From Klebsiella phage vB_Ko_K4PH164, in the sequence record OY979482.1: a stretch of 32,000 nt of DNA, one strand, 5' to 3'. The notes under the pieces were generated by a model. That model worked only from the letters and a program-made list of their open reading frames with translations, did no database searches and had not been told where the DNA came from. The position numbers were made by a program, and so were the translations under genes. Shown here piece after piece: positions 16,799-25,733 of the stretch (its first letter is position 1; the number at the start of each line of letters is the position of its first letter).

Positions 16799-17278
16799 CT
16801 ATTCAAAAGGGCGCTGTATAGCTGGCTTAAACACAATGGGATTCATCGTGGCTAATAGTGTAGCCGCTATTTCCGGATCATAGTCAACGGTTAAATTATC
16901 CCATAATCCTTCATCAAACGAAGGTTCGCGTTTTCCTTTTAAGAATGAACAATATCCCTGAATATCCCATTCAATAGCGTATTGAGCCTGATCGCATACT
17001 TCTTTCTGATCAAGTATATTTTCTTTACACTCATTGATGTAATACATAAGAAGATATTCAACTTGCTCTCTTGACCATGAAGGATCAGGAGATTCCAATG
17101 TGATACCAATAAACAGCATAGTTACTTCATGATCGTCCCAATCTTTGAACATACCATTTTCAAAAGGTATCGTTTCCTGACTTTCCGGGCAATTGATGAT
17201 TCCCAAATTATAAAGAATCATGCAGTTAGGATGCTTCGCTATCAAATCATATGAATCACGATTAATTAAAACGAACAT
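16799..17278 (-). CDS. Hypothetical protein
   Basis: 159 aa open frame in collinear operon between 15904 gene and helicase. Confidence 0.6.
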   Translation of the reverse strand: MFVLINRDSYDLIAKHPNCMILYNLGIINCPESQETIPFENGMFKDWDDHEVTMLFIGITLESPDPSWSREQVEYLLMYYINECKENILDQKEVCDQAQYAIEWDIQGYCSFLKGKREPSFDEGLWDNLTVDYDPEIAATLLATMNPIVFKPAIQRPFE

Positions 17279-17287
17279 AATTTCACC

Positions 17288-19291
17288 TTAAAAAGGAACA
17301 TCAAGATCTTCTTCATCAAACCCTTGAGAAGCAGGGGTTAGGTCTTGATATCCGCTTGTATTGTAGTCAGTGACAACTTCATGGTTTTCACGATCATAAA
17401 TATTCTCACTATTAGCAGTAGCTGACACGATGTTGTTACCGCTATAGATCTGAATACCTATATCCTGTTCCATAGGCGCTAAAGTACCGAAAGCCGAACC
17501 ATCATAGCAACACTTTATTATCTCCGGATACTTTCTATTAGTGTGAACTTTGATATGTGTTGGTACTCTTAGAGTTGAGACTATATCTAAAGCATCATCA
17601 ATAGAAGCAGGTAATGGTAGGTTTGTTCTATTCTTCCACCACTTGTAAGCTTTACGCCCCGCCCAATCCCCGTGCATCAAACATACATATTCGGAGAATG
17701 TCTTGTGACCACATTGATAAGTCACTTTAAGTGTAGGCGGCTTACTTGGATCACCTCTGTTAATGTTCTTCTGATATACAATGTTTTCTACTGCAAAGTC
17801 TTCAATAATAGGTAATGTTTCTTTTATCAACTTCTCGCTACTAGACGCGACTTTGAGTTTCTCTTTGAACTTGAAAGGTGCACCGCAACTTCCCTCGATA
17901 CCTACAGCCATATGACCTGAAATACGATAACCTTGTTTTACCAGATCTGCTACTTGCCCGTAAGTATAGCCAGTAATGTCAAGATGCTCTTTACCCCCAC
18001 AGAAACGCCAAGCAGGGTATTGACCATCTAACCCGCATACGTCGCACGCTTTATAAATACCAGGACCCGAACCTTTCTCACCAGGGCGCCTCGGAACAGC
18101 GGGGTCGTTGATAGGACCAAGGCGCCTACTGTTACCGGAGAAGTCCAGGACCAAGCAATCGTGTTTCGTGCTCATTTCTATAGCCAGTAAACGCTGTTCG
18201 CGGTCGCTAATGTCGTACCCTGGCGCGTAGTCCGGGCGGGTGCCACGGCCCAGCATTTGCACCCAAAGGACAGTTGACTGAGTAGGGCGCAACATAATGA
18301 TCAAATCAATACCGGGATGGTCGAATCCTGTTGTTAGAACATTGTTATTGGTTAATGCCCTAAGCTTGCCAGATTTAAAGTCTGCAATTGCTCTGTCACG
18401 TTCTCCGTCAGACAATTTGCTATGAACTGCCGCCGTGGGTATTCCTTTTTTGTTTAGAAGTTCTGCAACATCTTTGGCGTGTTCAACACCAGCACAGAAG
18501 ATGAGCCAGCTTTTACGATCTTGACCTACTTCCATTGCTTCAGCAATCGCGGCCTCGTTAGCTTCGGCTTTATTGACTGCTGTTTGCAGTTCAGATGCAA
18601 TGAAATCACCGCCGCGTTTCTTAACTCCGTTTGTATCAAGCTGGAAAGATGTACGTTTAGGAACCACTGGCATTAAATAGCCTTCGTGAATGAACCAATT
18701 AAAGAATTCCACCGAAGAACCGTCAAACACAATGTGGTCAAACATCGCGTCGATACCAGCTTCTTCGTCACCTTCCTGGCGAACAATGGAACCAAAACCT
18801 AAACGATAAGGAGTTGCCGTCAAACCTATCACTTTGAGGTATGGGTTTACTTCTTTAAGTGCCGTAAAGAATTTTTTATAAGCAGTCGCTTCGCTAGGAC
18901 TAATTAAGTGGCATTCGTCGACCATAATAATGTCAACTTTACCAAATAAATGGGCTTTCTTAGCAACTGATTGGATGCCTGCAAATATGATTTGATCGTG
19001 TATAGATTTTTTCTTTAATCCAGCGGAATAGATGCCAGCCGGGGCTTCGGGCCACAGCTTTATCATTTTGTCATAGTTTTGAGCGATAAGCTCTTTCACG
19101 TGTGTGAGTAGCATAGCTTTCTGGCCAGGGAACCAGGTCAGAAGCAAACGAAAGAACTCCGCAATAACCAGACTTTTACCTGTACCCGTAGGCAATACAA
19201 TCACAGGGTCACCAGAAGCGGCCTTATGCTTGTCGAAGTAACGAAATACACTGTAAACCGCTTCATTTTGATAGTCACGAAGTTTGAACAT
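17288..19291 (-). CDS. Superfamily 2 DNA/RNA helicase
   Basis: Walker A VLPTGTGKS, DEXH motif VDECH, GLTATP, and QMLGRGTR. Confidence 0.9.
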   Translation of the reverse strand: MFKLRDYQNEAVYSVFRYFDKHKAASGDPVIVLPTGTGKSLVIAEFFRLLLTWFPGQKAMLLTHVKELIAQNYDKMIKLWPEAPAGIYSAGLKKKSIHDQIIFAGIQSVAKKAHLFGKVDIIMVDECHLISPSEATAYKKFFTALKEVNPYLKVIGLTATPYRLGFGSIVRQEGDEEAGIDAMFDHIVFDGSSVEFFNWFIHEGYLMPVVPKRTSFQLDTNGVKKRGGDFIASELQTAVNKAEANEAAIAEAMEVGQDRKSWLIFCAGVEHAKDVAELLNKKGIPTAAVHSKLSDGERDRAIADFKSGKLRALTNNNVLTTGFDHPGIDLIIMLRPTQSTVLWVQMLGRGTRPDYAPGYDISDREQRLLAIEMSTKHDCLVLDFSGNSRRLGPINDPAVPRRPGEKGSGPGIYKACDVCGLDGQYPAWRFCGGKEHLDITGYTYGQVADLVKQGYRISGHMAVGIEGSCGAPFKFKEKLKVASSSEKLIKETLPIIEDFAVENIVYQKNINRGDPSKPPTLKVTYQCGHKTFSEYVCLMHGDWAGRKAYKWWKNRTNLPLPASIDDALDIVSTLRVPTHIKVHTNRKYPEIIKCCYDGSAFGTLAPMEQDIGIQIYSGNNIVSATANSENIYDRENHEVVTDYNTSGYQDLTPASQGFDEEDLDVPF

Positions 19292-19292
19292 T

Positions 19293-20210
19293 TTATTTAC
19301 CGTAATAATTGGCCATTTCGTAATGAGAACATGCGGCTATTTGTTCGTCTGTTGTTATTGTTCTGTTTACTACAGGGTTGATACATTTCCAAGTACCATC
19401 TTCAACAACCCTGGAATAAGAACAAGTTCTACAGCTGACTAAAGGTGGCTCATTTCTGTAGCAGTTATCGGAGAAATCACACATCTTACATTCAAACCAG
19501 CTAGCACCTTTTGTGCTTAATCCTACAGGAGGTTCCTCAGCCATTACAACCTTACATCCACGGTCAATGAATTGGTCTGCTACAGCAGCATCGAGAGGGA
19601 TTAATTCGCAATATATTTCATCGTCGTTTTTATTTACTGCGATGTATAAACAAGCCGCTAGACCCATCTTTCGCATATATACCTGGACCTGCGCGTAGTG
19701 CATTGGCTTAGAAACTTTCATACCATCCTTTAAAAGTTTCTTAAAGCTTTTATCGCCGTGGGTCTTCATTTCAGTCAATATAGCTTGATTTGGATCGGGC
19801 ATATCGGGACAACCGACGACAATACCATCAATAGCAGAGCCAAAATGACCGCCTAGCTCACTAATACGAAATTGATTGCCTTCTGCATCTTGCTGCCAGA
19901 CTTTAAATCCCGCAGTTAACAGCATAGCAATGAAACGACCTTCCTCCATATGCCCGCGGTTAAACAGGCGAATAATACGGCCATGGTGTTTAGGTCTTGC
20001 TACCCAACGAAATTGAAAGAACAATTTACGGGCGCAAGGGTCGCCGATTGTGGATACCCCTAAATGAGATCGTCTTCCGTTTCGTGGGTCAAAAGCGTCA
20101 CTAATCGTTGGTATTACTCTACCCAACCACTCTCGATATTTCGAACCTTGGTCTTCTTCTATTTTTTGGTCGATTAAGTTTTTAGTCTTTTCAGCTAAAT
20201 AGATTGGCAT
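19293..20210 (-). CDS. Cas4-like PD-(D/E)XK nuclease with Cys clusters
   Basis: CARKLFFQF, GHFGSAIDGIV...ILTEMKTHGDKSF, HYAQVQVYM, CKMCDFSDNC; extra SCRTCSYSRVVEDGTWKC...CSHY at the C-terminus. Confidence 0.75.
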   Translation of the reverse strand: MPIYLAEKTKNLIDQKIEEDQGSKYREWLGRVIPTISDAFDPRNGRRSHLGVSTIGDPCARKLFFQFRWVARPKHHGRIIRLFNRGHMEEGRFIAMLLTAGFKVWQQDAEGNQFRISELGGHFGSAIDGIVVGCPDMPDPNQAILTEMKTHGDKSFKKLLKDGMKVSKPMHYAQVQVYMRKMGLAACLYIAVNKNDDEIYCELIPLDAAVADQFIDRGCKVVMAEEPPVGLSTKGASWFECKMCDFSDNCYRNEPPLVSCRTCSYSRVVEDGTWKCINPVVNRTITTDEQIAACSHYEMANYYGK

Positions 20211-20267
20211 CTCATTATCCTTAGATAAAAATAGCGCCCGGAGGCGCTATTAATTACGGGAGAGTGA

Positions 20268-21227
20268 TTAGGCTTGCGGCTGCTGCCACGGCGGAAGTTG
20301 CGCCTGAGCCGGGTGCGGAGGCTCAGCGGCAGCAGGTGCTGCTTGGGCTGCTGGCGCTTGCTGCGGCGCGGGTTGTGCGGTTTGCGTTGCCCACGGCGGC
20401 GTTGCTGCTGGCTGCTGTACCGGAGCAGGTTGTTCAGGTACAGGCTGTTGAACCGGGGCCGGAGCAGGCTGCTGGGCGGCTGCTGCTGCTTGCTGCTGTT
20501 CCCATGCAATTTGCTCAGGGGATTTTACTGGCTGAGCAGGTGCCGGAGCAGGTTGCGGTGCTGGCGCCGGGGTAACAGGAGCAGGTTGAGCTGCTTGTGG
20601 CTGTTCCCACGGTTGCGGGCTGTTCTGCCAAGGTTGAGCAGGCGCCGCGGGTGCCGGTTGAGCAGCGGCCGGTGCAGCAGGTACGGCAGCAGGTTGGGTC
20701 GGTGCAGCTGGAACAGCGGGAGAAGCGACGCCTGGCATAGCCGGGGCGGCACCAGGGAACGGAGCGGACGCAGGAGCAGCACCAGCAGGGCGCGAACCAG
20801 GTTGAACCGCCAGAGCGCGATTAACAGTAATCATGTCGTAGCCATTGGCTTTGTTACGATCTTCGTAGTCAGAACCTTCTTCCGCTTTATCAATTTTCAG
20901 TTTGATATGGAAGGGTTTATTGTGAAGCTCTTCAGTTTGCGACCAACGTGGATGTTGACACGCCATAGAAAGAGCTGCCAGCTGTTCATGGCCAATACGA
21001 ACAGCGTCTTCGCTCGCATTAACGACGTTATAGTCGAGGAATACTTTACGCCCTTTGGCAAAAGCCGGTGCAGTGATCTCAGCAACGAAATCGAGAGCTT
21101 GACCGCCGGAGTTGGTAGTACGCGATTTCGATTCGATGATTACCGCCTGATACCAACCTTTAGGCAGTGCTTCGAAGTTCATCGCGGCGCCAGCGTGTTG
21201 GCTAGCATCAAATTGGAATTGAGCCAT
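20268..21227 (-). CDS. DUF669 family protein with Pro/Ala/Gln-rich C-terminal tail
   Basis: N-terminal ALPKGWYQAVIIESKSRTTNSGGQALDFVAEI...; C-terminal about 160 aa of PAPAQQ-type low complexity ending in LPPWQQPQA. Confidence 0.75.
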   Translation of the reverse strand: MAQFQFDASQHAGAAMNFEALPKGWYQAVIIESKSRTTNSGGQALDFVAEITAPAFAKGRKVFLDYNVVNASEDAVRIGHEQLAALSMACQHPRWSQTEELHNKPFHIKLKIDKAEEGSDYEDRNKANGYDMITVNRALAVQPGSRPAGAAPASAPFPGAAPAMPGVASPAVPAAPTQPAAVPAAPAAAQPAPAAPAQPWQNSPQPWEQPQAAQPAPVTPAPAPQPAPAPAQPVKSPEQIAWEQQQAAAAAQQPAPAPVQQPVPEQPAPVQQPAATPPWATQTAQPAPQQAPAAQAAPAAAEPPHPAQAQLPPWQQPQA

Positions 21228-21961
21228 TATTGATTACCTTTTGATTTGATCTTGTTGATGATATAACCCAGGTGAGGAAACTCGAACTCAGCGAGTGCTC
21301 CTGACCGATCTTTTGCACTATCGTTTAATCCTGGTTGAGTTTGTAAAACTCGTTGCTTACTACCATCGGCACCAGGCATAACCTGATATCGAAATACTTC
21401 ATCAAACAGATAAGGAAGTGCGGGCCCTAACTGTTGACCTGGCATTTTAGGCCCCCAAAGGAATTGACCTGTAACTTCGTCCTTTTCCTTTCCGAGCTTA
21501 GCAGACATATAAACATGCTTACCAGGAATATCACGGAACTTCTTGACCATTTCCAGGATCTTGTCTTGCATATCGCCATAAGCTTTACGAGGGTCTTTAT
21601 GTTTCGGCTTATATTCGGCAAGTGCAATTTCACCCAGCTCAGATAAAGAGTCAATACCAATCGAATCAAAATGAGCTTGAGTATCCGGATGAATACACCA
21701 CGCATAAGCTTCTTCAAGCTCTGCAACGGTTTTGACAACAATAGTCATGAAGTCAGTGGAATAAGGTAAACCGGTCGGTCCGAAGATACGATCTAAGTTT
21801 TCCTTTTGCAAGGACAATAAACCGCCCTCCGCTGAAATAATGACAGGTCGCGGCAATGTGGCCATAAGAGCCGTCTTACCCATACCCGCTTCAGCGTAAT
21901 TGATCATTTTAACGCCCGAGTCTGCGACAATCTGACTCGAATAAACCACTTGAATAGCCAT
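21227..21961 (-). CDS. AAA_24/Sak4-like P-loop ATPase (recombination-associated)
   Basis: NYAEAGMGKTALMATLPRPVIISAEGGLLSL; TAATG overlap with DUF669 gene. Confidence 0.75.
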   Translation of the reverse strand: MAIQVVYSSQIVADSGVKMINYAEAGMGKTALMATLPRPVIISAEGGLLSLQKENLDRIFGPTGLPYSTDFMTIVVKTVAELEEAYAWCIHPDTQAHFDSIGIDSLSELGEIALAEYKPKHKDPRKAYGDMQDKILEMVKKFRDIPGKHVYMSAKLGKEKDEVTGQFLWGPKMPGQQLGPALPYLFDEVFRYQVMPGADGSKQRVLQTQPGLNDSAKDRSGALAEFEFPHLGYIINKIKSKGNQ

Positions 21962-22064
21962 AACGCTACCTTTTGTCTTGGGGTGGTTAGTTTAAGCGAT
22001 TATATTTTAGATCTGCAACCTGTTTATATGGACGCTTCTCTTTAATGTAACCACAATATCTGGC

Positions 22065-22400
22065 TTACAGCTTGCGAAGATGATTTAAATCGCGCTGGCG
22101 TATTACTTTACCCTTTAATTCTTCAGCCAGCTCGTCGCGCATTTTAAGCTGGCAAATATACAGATTGGCCATTTCCAAGGTAGGGTCAATAGAGCTCGAC
22201 ATATCCAAAAGAGTTCTACGCAAGTGAGGATTAACCGCACGCTTTAAACATTCACGAGCAGTATGCCGCATCGCTTCCGGGACAGATCTAAGCTCGTTCT
22301 TAGCGAACCACATTGAAAGCTGTATGGTTGTAATAATATCAGGAAATTCGTTATACGCCGAGTTATTGATAACTTCTAGCGCCATGCGTTCTTTACCCAT
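22065..22400 (-). CDS. Hypothetical protein
   Basis: 111 aa; start overlaps the stop of the 33 aa microprotein gene. Confidence 0.6.
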   Translation of the reverse strand: MGKERMALEVINNSAYNEFPDIITTIQLSMWFAKNELRSVPEAMRHTARECLKRAVNPHLRRTLLDMSSSIDPTLEMANLYICQLKMRDELAEELKGKVIRQRDLNHLRKL

Positions 22401-22501
22401 TATTTAATCCAATTATTTAACAGAATAGCAAACAAGGCACCAGACGACAGTCCCGCTCCTAATAATAAAAAGGAATACCAGAAAATATCAATTGAGATCA
22501 T
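22400..22501 (-). CDS. Small membrane protein, 33 aa (not in supplied ORF track)
   Basis: MISIDIFWYSFLLLGAGLSSGALFAILLNNWIK*; overlaps the upstream zinc-ribbon gene and is coupled by TAATG to the downstream gene. Confidence 0.6.
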   Translation of the reverse strand: MISIDIFWYSFLLLGAGLSSGALFAILLNNWIK

Positions 22502-22751
22502 TTAAGGATTCTCCGTCTACAAAACGAGCAACATCGTCAGGGTTACCGCCGCCAGCTTTATAACCCAACGCATAAATATAGATATCGTGAGCTTTCATAT
22601 GCCCACCACACATCTTGCATTCGAAACCTGGATTTGGAGGTATAGTGGTTGAACCCAAAACATCTCCAAATTTATGACCAGTACAAGATCTTAGTTTGCG
22701 CTGGTTCTCTTGTACTTGAGTCCATAAAGATGTCGCTTGCTCTTTATTCAT
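22488..22751 (-). CDS. Small putative zinc-ribbon protein (start revised to 22751)
   Basis: MNKEQATSLWTQVQENQRKLRSCTGHKF...FECKMCGGHMKAH. Confidence 0.5.
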   Translation of the reverse strand: MNKEQATSLWTQVQENQRKLRSCTGHKFGDVLGSTTIPPNPGFECKMCGGHMKAHDIYIYALGYKAGGGNPDDVARFVDGESLNDLN

Positions 22752-23694
22752 CGTCGTCCGCCTCCGGCGGTAGGATATCATTAATATCGCGCCAAGATAA
22801 ATAACGTGCTTGACGAGGCTTCTCTTTTACACCAATAGGAAAATGACGGAATTTGATTATTTTTTCACCTGGCTGTATTTCACCAGACTGCCATTTCTCC
22901 CAGAGCTCAATACGCTCCGCGTGGGTCATTTTACCAGGTCCAATACGCGCCATATCGCCAGTATCAAGACGCTTAACCATAAGAGCGCCAGACATACCTT
23001 TGCCAACTTTATTGGCTTGGTGTGTACTTCTCTTTGTAAGACCCTGGGCATCGGTAAAAGCCTCATTTAAATTCTCCTCAGCTTCAAATACATCCATGAG
23101 ATAACCTTCCGTATCTTCATACGGTTTGCGTCGAGTATAGTTACACTGCTTAGGTGTACACTTACCCCATTTATATTTTGCATCTGGGTCACGTTGAATC
23201 AATCCCTCATAACCCATGTCTAACCAGATTGCTTCTTGCGCCAATAACTCCTCTTCGTTATTAACTTCAACGTAAGGAACAACCTGAAGGTCTTCTAGTT
23301 GTCCTATGCTATGCTGAAACTCAATCCAGTTCTTGAGCATTGCATATCGTTCACGATAAGGAAGATGTTGAACCGACGGATCGCAGAGATCAAAAACGTG
23401 TCCAATTACCATAGGTTCGCCGTCTTGCGACATTACAGCGGAAACTGTTTTACGACAAAGATCGTCATCAGTTTCTAAACCTGCCGCTAGTTCCATATCG
23501 TACCCCTGATAAAGAGGTTTGCTAAAGTTCTCACGAGTGAAAACATTAGGCATTAAAGATAAAGTTCTAGTCAGCAAAGTACCAAAAGGGTTAAGCCCAC
23601 GAACACCGTCAATCTTAGGCATAATCCAAGTGGGATAGCGCACCATCGAAAGATCAGTGTTAACCGCACGGTAGGCGCGGAATTGTTTAGCCAT
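22744..23694 (-). CDS. ATP-dependent DNA ligase
   Basis: Motif I MPKIDGVRG; downstream YEGLIQRDPDAKYKWGK and VKRLDTGDMARIGPG. Confidence 0.85.
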   Translation of the reverse strand: MAKQFRAYRAVNTDLSMVRYPTWIMPKIDGVRGLNPFGTLLTRTLSLMPNVFTRENFSKPLYQGYDMELAAGLETDDDLCRKTVSAVMSQDGEPMVIGHVFDLCDPSVQHLPYRERYAMLKNWIEFQHSIGQLEDLQVVPYVEVNNEEELLAQEAIWLDMGYEGLIQRDPDAKYKWGKCTPKQCNYTRRKPYEDTEGYLMDVFEAEENLNEAFTDAQGLTKRSTHQANKVGKGMSGALMVKRLDTGDMARIGPGKMTHAERIELWEKWQSGEIQPGEKIIKFRHFPIGVKEKPRQARYLSWRDINDILPPEADDDE

Positions 23695-24244
23695 TTGTAA
23701 ATCTCCGGCGAGAACGTAAATAATTGGATGATTGAGGTTTTTTCTTACGCCCCTGAATAGGGACGCAAATTTCTCCCCGCATTATTGCTCTTTGTATTTG
23801 CATCTGGCGCTTAGCAGCAGCGTCGCAATGGTTCTGAGCCTTTGTGCGGTTATTATCGCCAATAGTATGCCCTGGTACATGTTTATACCGCAACACAATA
23901 CCAAAGCGATCTACGAGCCCCAGGACGTACTTCAAAACGCTTTTAAGCTGCTCACAATAAGGCTCTTGTTTTTTGCTTAATACTCGAATTGCAGTCAGGC
24001 TATCGGACTGAATAAGAATAATATCACGCTTAACGAGCATTCCAGTAGAGAACCCGTGCCATAAAGAGTTTGCAATTGCCATTGCTTCTGCAACGTTATT
24101 ATCAAAAGGCTTGTCTAAAGTACCTTCAAAACCGTGACGACCATTATTGTTAGTCGCTATCCATACACCATATCCAGCTGCTTTAGATTCAGAACAGAAA
24201 GAAGCATCTGCAATGATGGTAACTGTATTATTATTTTTCTTCAT
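23687..24244 (-). CDS. RNase H-like nuclease
   Basis: IIADASFCSESKAAGYGVWI, NNVAEAMAIANSL, IQSDSLTAIRVL, YKHVPGHT. Confidence 0.75.
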   Translation of the reverse strand: MKKNNNTVTIIADASFCSESKAAGYGVWIATNNNGRHGFEGTLDKPFDNNVAEAMAIANSLWHGFSTGMLVKRDIILIQSDSLTAIRVLSKKQEPYCEQLKSVLKYVLGLVDRFGIVLRYKHVPGHTIGDNNRTKAQNHCDAAAKRQMQIQRAIMRGEICVPIQGRKKKPQSSNYLRSRRRFTNG

Positions 24245-24281
24245 TATTTTTCCAAAAGAGGGCCGAAGCCCTCTATTTCAG

Positions 24282-24716
24282 TTATTCAACGCCTTTCGGC
24301 TTAATAAATTCGAGAGTACCGCTCGCAGGTTTTGTGGTTACGCACTGATCGAAAATCTTATGCTGTTCTTCGTCCAGCTCACGCCAGTTTTTGATTTTGA
24401 GAGAAGGTTTGCGTTCAATTAACTGGTCAACGTCAATACCTTTCTCACGCAAAGATGGAAGAAGGTTAGTCAACATAGCATCGTCAACATCGCGTTGTAG
24501 TTTATGAACAAATTTCAGACCATAATTATTGCCCAGGTCGAAATTGTTCGTACCTTCTTTAGGTGCTGCGAAAAAGGTTTTAATAATCTTCTGACGAAGT
24601 AATGCTTCTTTTGCCTTCGCTCGAGCCAGATCTTTCTTAGCTCCGATCCACTCCATGATATCTTCATTAGTAGCTTTTTCGGCTTCATCAGCATTGAAGT
24701 CAAATTCAGGGGTCAT
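24282..24716 (-). CDS. Hypothetical protein
   Basis: 144 aa; ribosome-binding leader TAGGAGATAGAAATG. Confidence 0.65.
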   Translation of the reverse strand: MTPEFDFNADEAEKATNEDIMEWIGAKKDLARAKAKEALLRQKIIKTFFAAPKEGTNNFDLGNNYGLKFVHKLQRDVDDAMLTNLLPSLREKGIDVDQLIERKPSLKIKNWRELDEEQHKIFDQCVTTKPASGTLEFIKPKGVE

Positions 24717-24728
24717 TTCTATCTCCTA

Positions 24729-25058
24729 TTATAATGCTTCATAAAAGTGAAGTACATAGGATTCACTAATATGTAGAGTTTTGATAAATTCACGTTTACG
24801 GAAAGGCATAACTTCACCGGTAACAAATACTTCAAAGCTACGACCTTCACTAGACACTTGAGTATCGGCAGGTCTTTCAACCCACATATATAAAGAACCT
24901 TCCTGCATTGAGATATCAAGAACTTTGCTATCTTTAGCTAAAAACATGCTGAAATTTTCAGCTCTTATTTCATATTTATGAATAACACGATCTTTTGTTC
25001 TTTCATTTTCGATCGTTAAACCCGGCATAATATTTCCAGTAGGTGTACTATTAGCCAT
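24729..25058 (-). CDS. Hypothetical protein
   Basis: 109 aa; same ribosome-binding leader TAGGAGATAGAAATG; candidate promoter upstream. Confidence 0.65.
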   Translation of the reverse strand: MANSTPTGNIMPGLTIENERTKDRVIHKYEIRAENFSMFLAKDSKVLDISMQEGSLYMWVERPADTQVSSEGRSFEVFVTGEVMPFRKREFIKTLHISESYVLHFYEAL

Positions 25059-25080
25059 TTCTATCTCCTATCTAAGTTAT

Positions 25081-25121
25081 TGCCTACACCATTAGTATAT
25101 AACAACTAACAATGTAGGCAA
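25081..25121 (-). promoter_or_regulatory. Candidate promoter overlapped by an inverted repeat (putative operator)
   Basis: - strand TTGCCT - 16 nt - TATACT; 8-bp inverted repeat tgcctaca (25081-25088) / tgtaggca (25113-25120). Confidence 0.5.
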
Positions 25122-25136
25122 GACTCAAATCAGATT

Positions 25137-25733
25137 TTAAAACTTCTTACCATCATCTTTAGCGCGGTTTTCACGCTTATGGTCTGCACGATTGGCATTG
25201 TAGGCGCGTTTGTCGCCAATAGCATTTGGAATATCCCAACCCCAACATTCTGCATGGTAGATCATAAGCATTGCAATGGCTAACTCAAACGCAGCAATGT
25301 CGAGGACGTCTTCGGTAGCTTCACCGATTTGCATAACCTGGTTCTTGCGCACACCTTCTAAGGCGTTAGAAATGTGAACGTGAATGTCCAGGAAATACTT
25401 ATGGAAATTGACGTGAGTATATTCCGGAGTAGGGCGATCGTCAGCACCTAAACGCAGAACAGCGTCAACAGCTTTTTCAATATTCCACCCTTTATGTCCA
25501 AACAGATCATAGATGCGAATAGCAGCGTCTGCTAACTCTACCACTACGTTTTGATACTGCGGCAAATGATGATCTGGAATATCATGTACAAAGCCAATAT
25601 ATGCTTCAGTTACTTCCGAATGGATCAGAGCAAGGACTGTACCGTCTTCGCGAACGGGTTCATCCCACCAGCCAGCTTTAACGTTATATTTATAAATCGC
25701 TTCAGCTAATTGGTTAGTAATTAAATCTTTCAT
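25137..25733 (-). CDS. MazG-like / all-alpha NTP pyrophosphohydrolase-like protein
   Basis: LALIHSEVTEAYIGFVHD and VVVELADAAIRIYDLFG metal-binding helix patterns. Confidence 0.7.
   Translation of the reverse strand: MKDLITNQLAEAIYKYNVKAGWWDEPVREDGTVLALIHSEVTEAYIGFVHDIPDHHLPQYQNVVVELADAAIRIYDLFGHKGWNIEKAVDAVLRLGADDRPTPEYTHVNFHKYFLDIHVHISNALEGVRKNQVMQIGEATEDVLDIAAFELAIAMLMIYHAECWGWDIPNAIGDKRAYNANRADHKRENRAKDDGKKF

Noticed and set aside
19293-20210. Cas4 homologue as evidence of a phage CRISPR system
   Set aside because: No Cas1/Cas2 or repeat array in the window; such nucleases are common in phage recombination modules.
20280-20770. Repeat-rich stretch considered as a CRISPR or tandem-repeat array
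   Set aside because: Repeats are irregular codon-level Pro/Ala/Gln runs in frame with the DUF669 protein, without regular spacers.
20274-21233. 319 aa + strand ORF opposite the DUF669 gene
   Set aside because: Arg/Cys/Leu-rich antisense translation of a GC-rich Pro/Ala/Gln-coding tail; the - strand frame has a recognisable N-terminal domain, TAATG coupling and operon context.
21962-22064. Promoter in the 103-nt gap upstream of the Sak4-like gene
   Set aside because: TATAAT-like sequence on the - strand is present, but I could not find an acceptable -35 at 16-18 nt; left unsupported.
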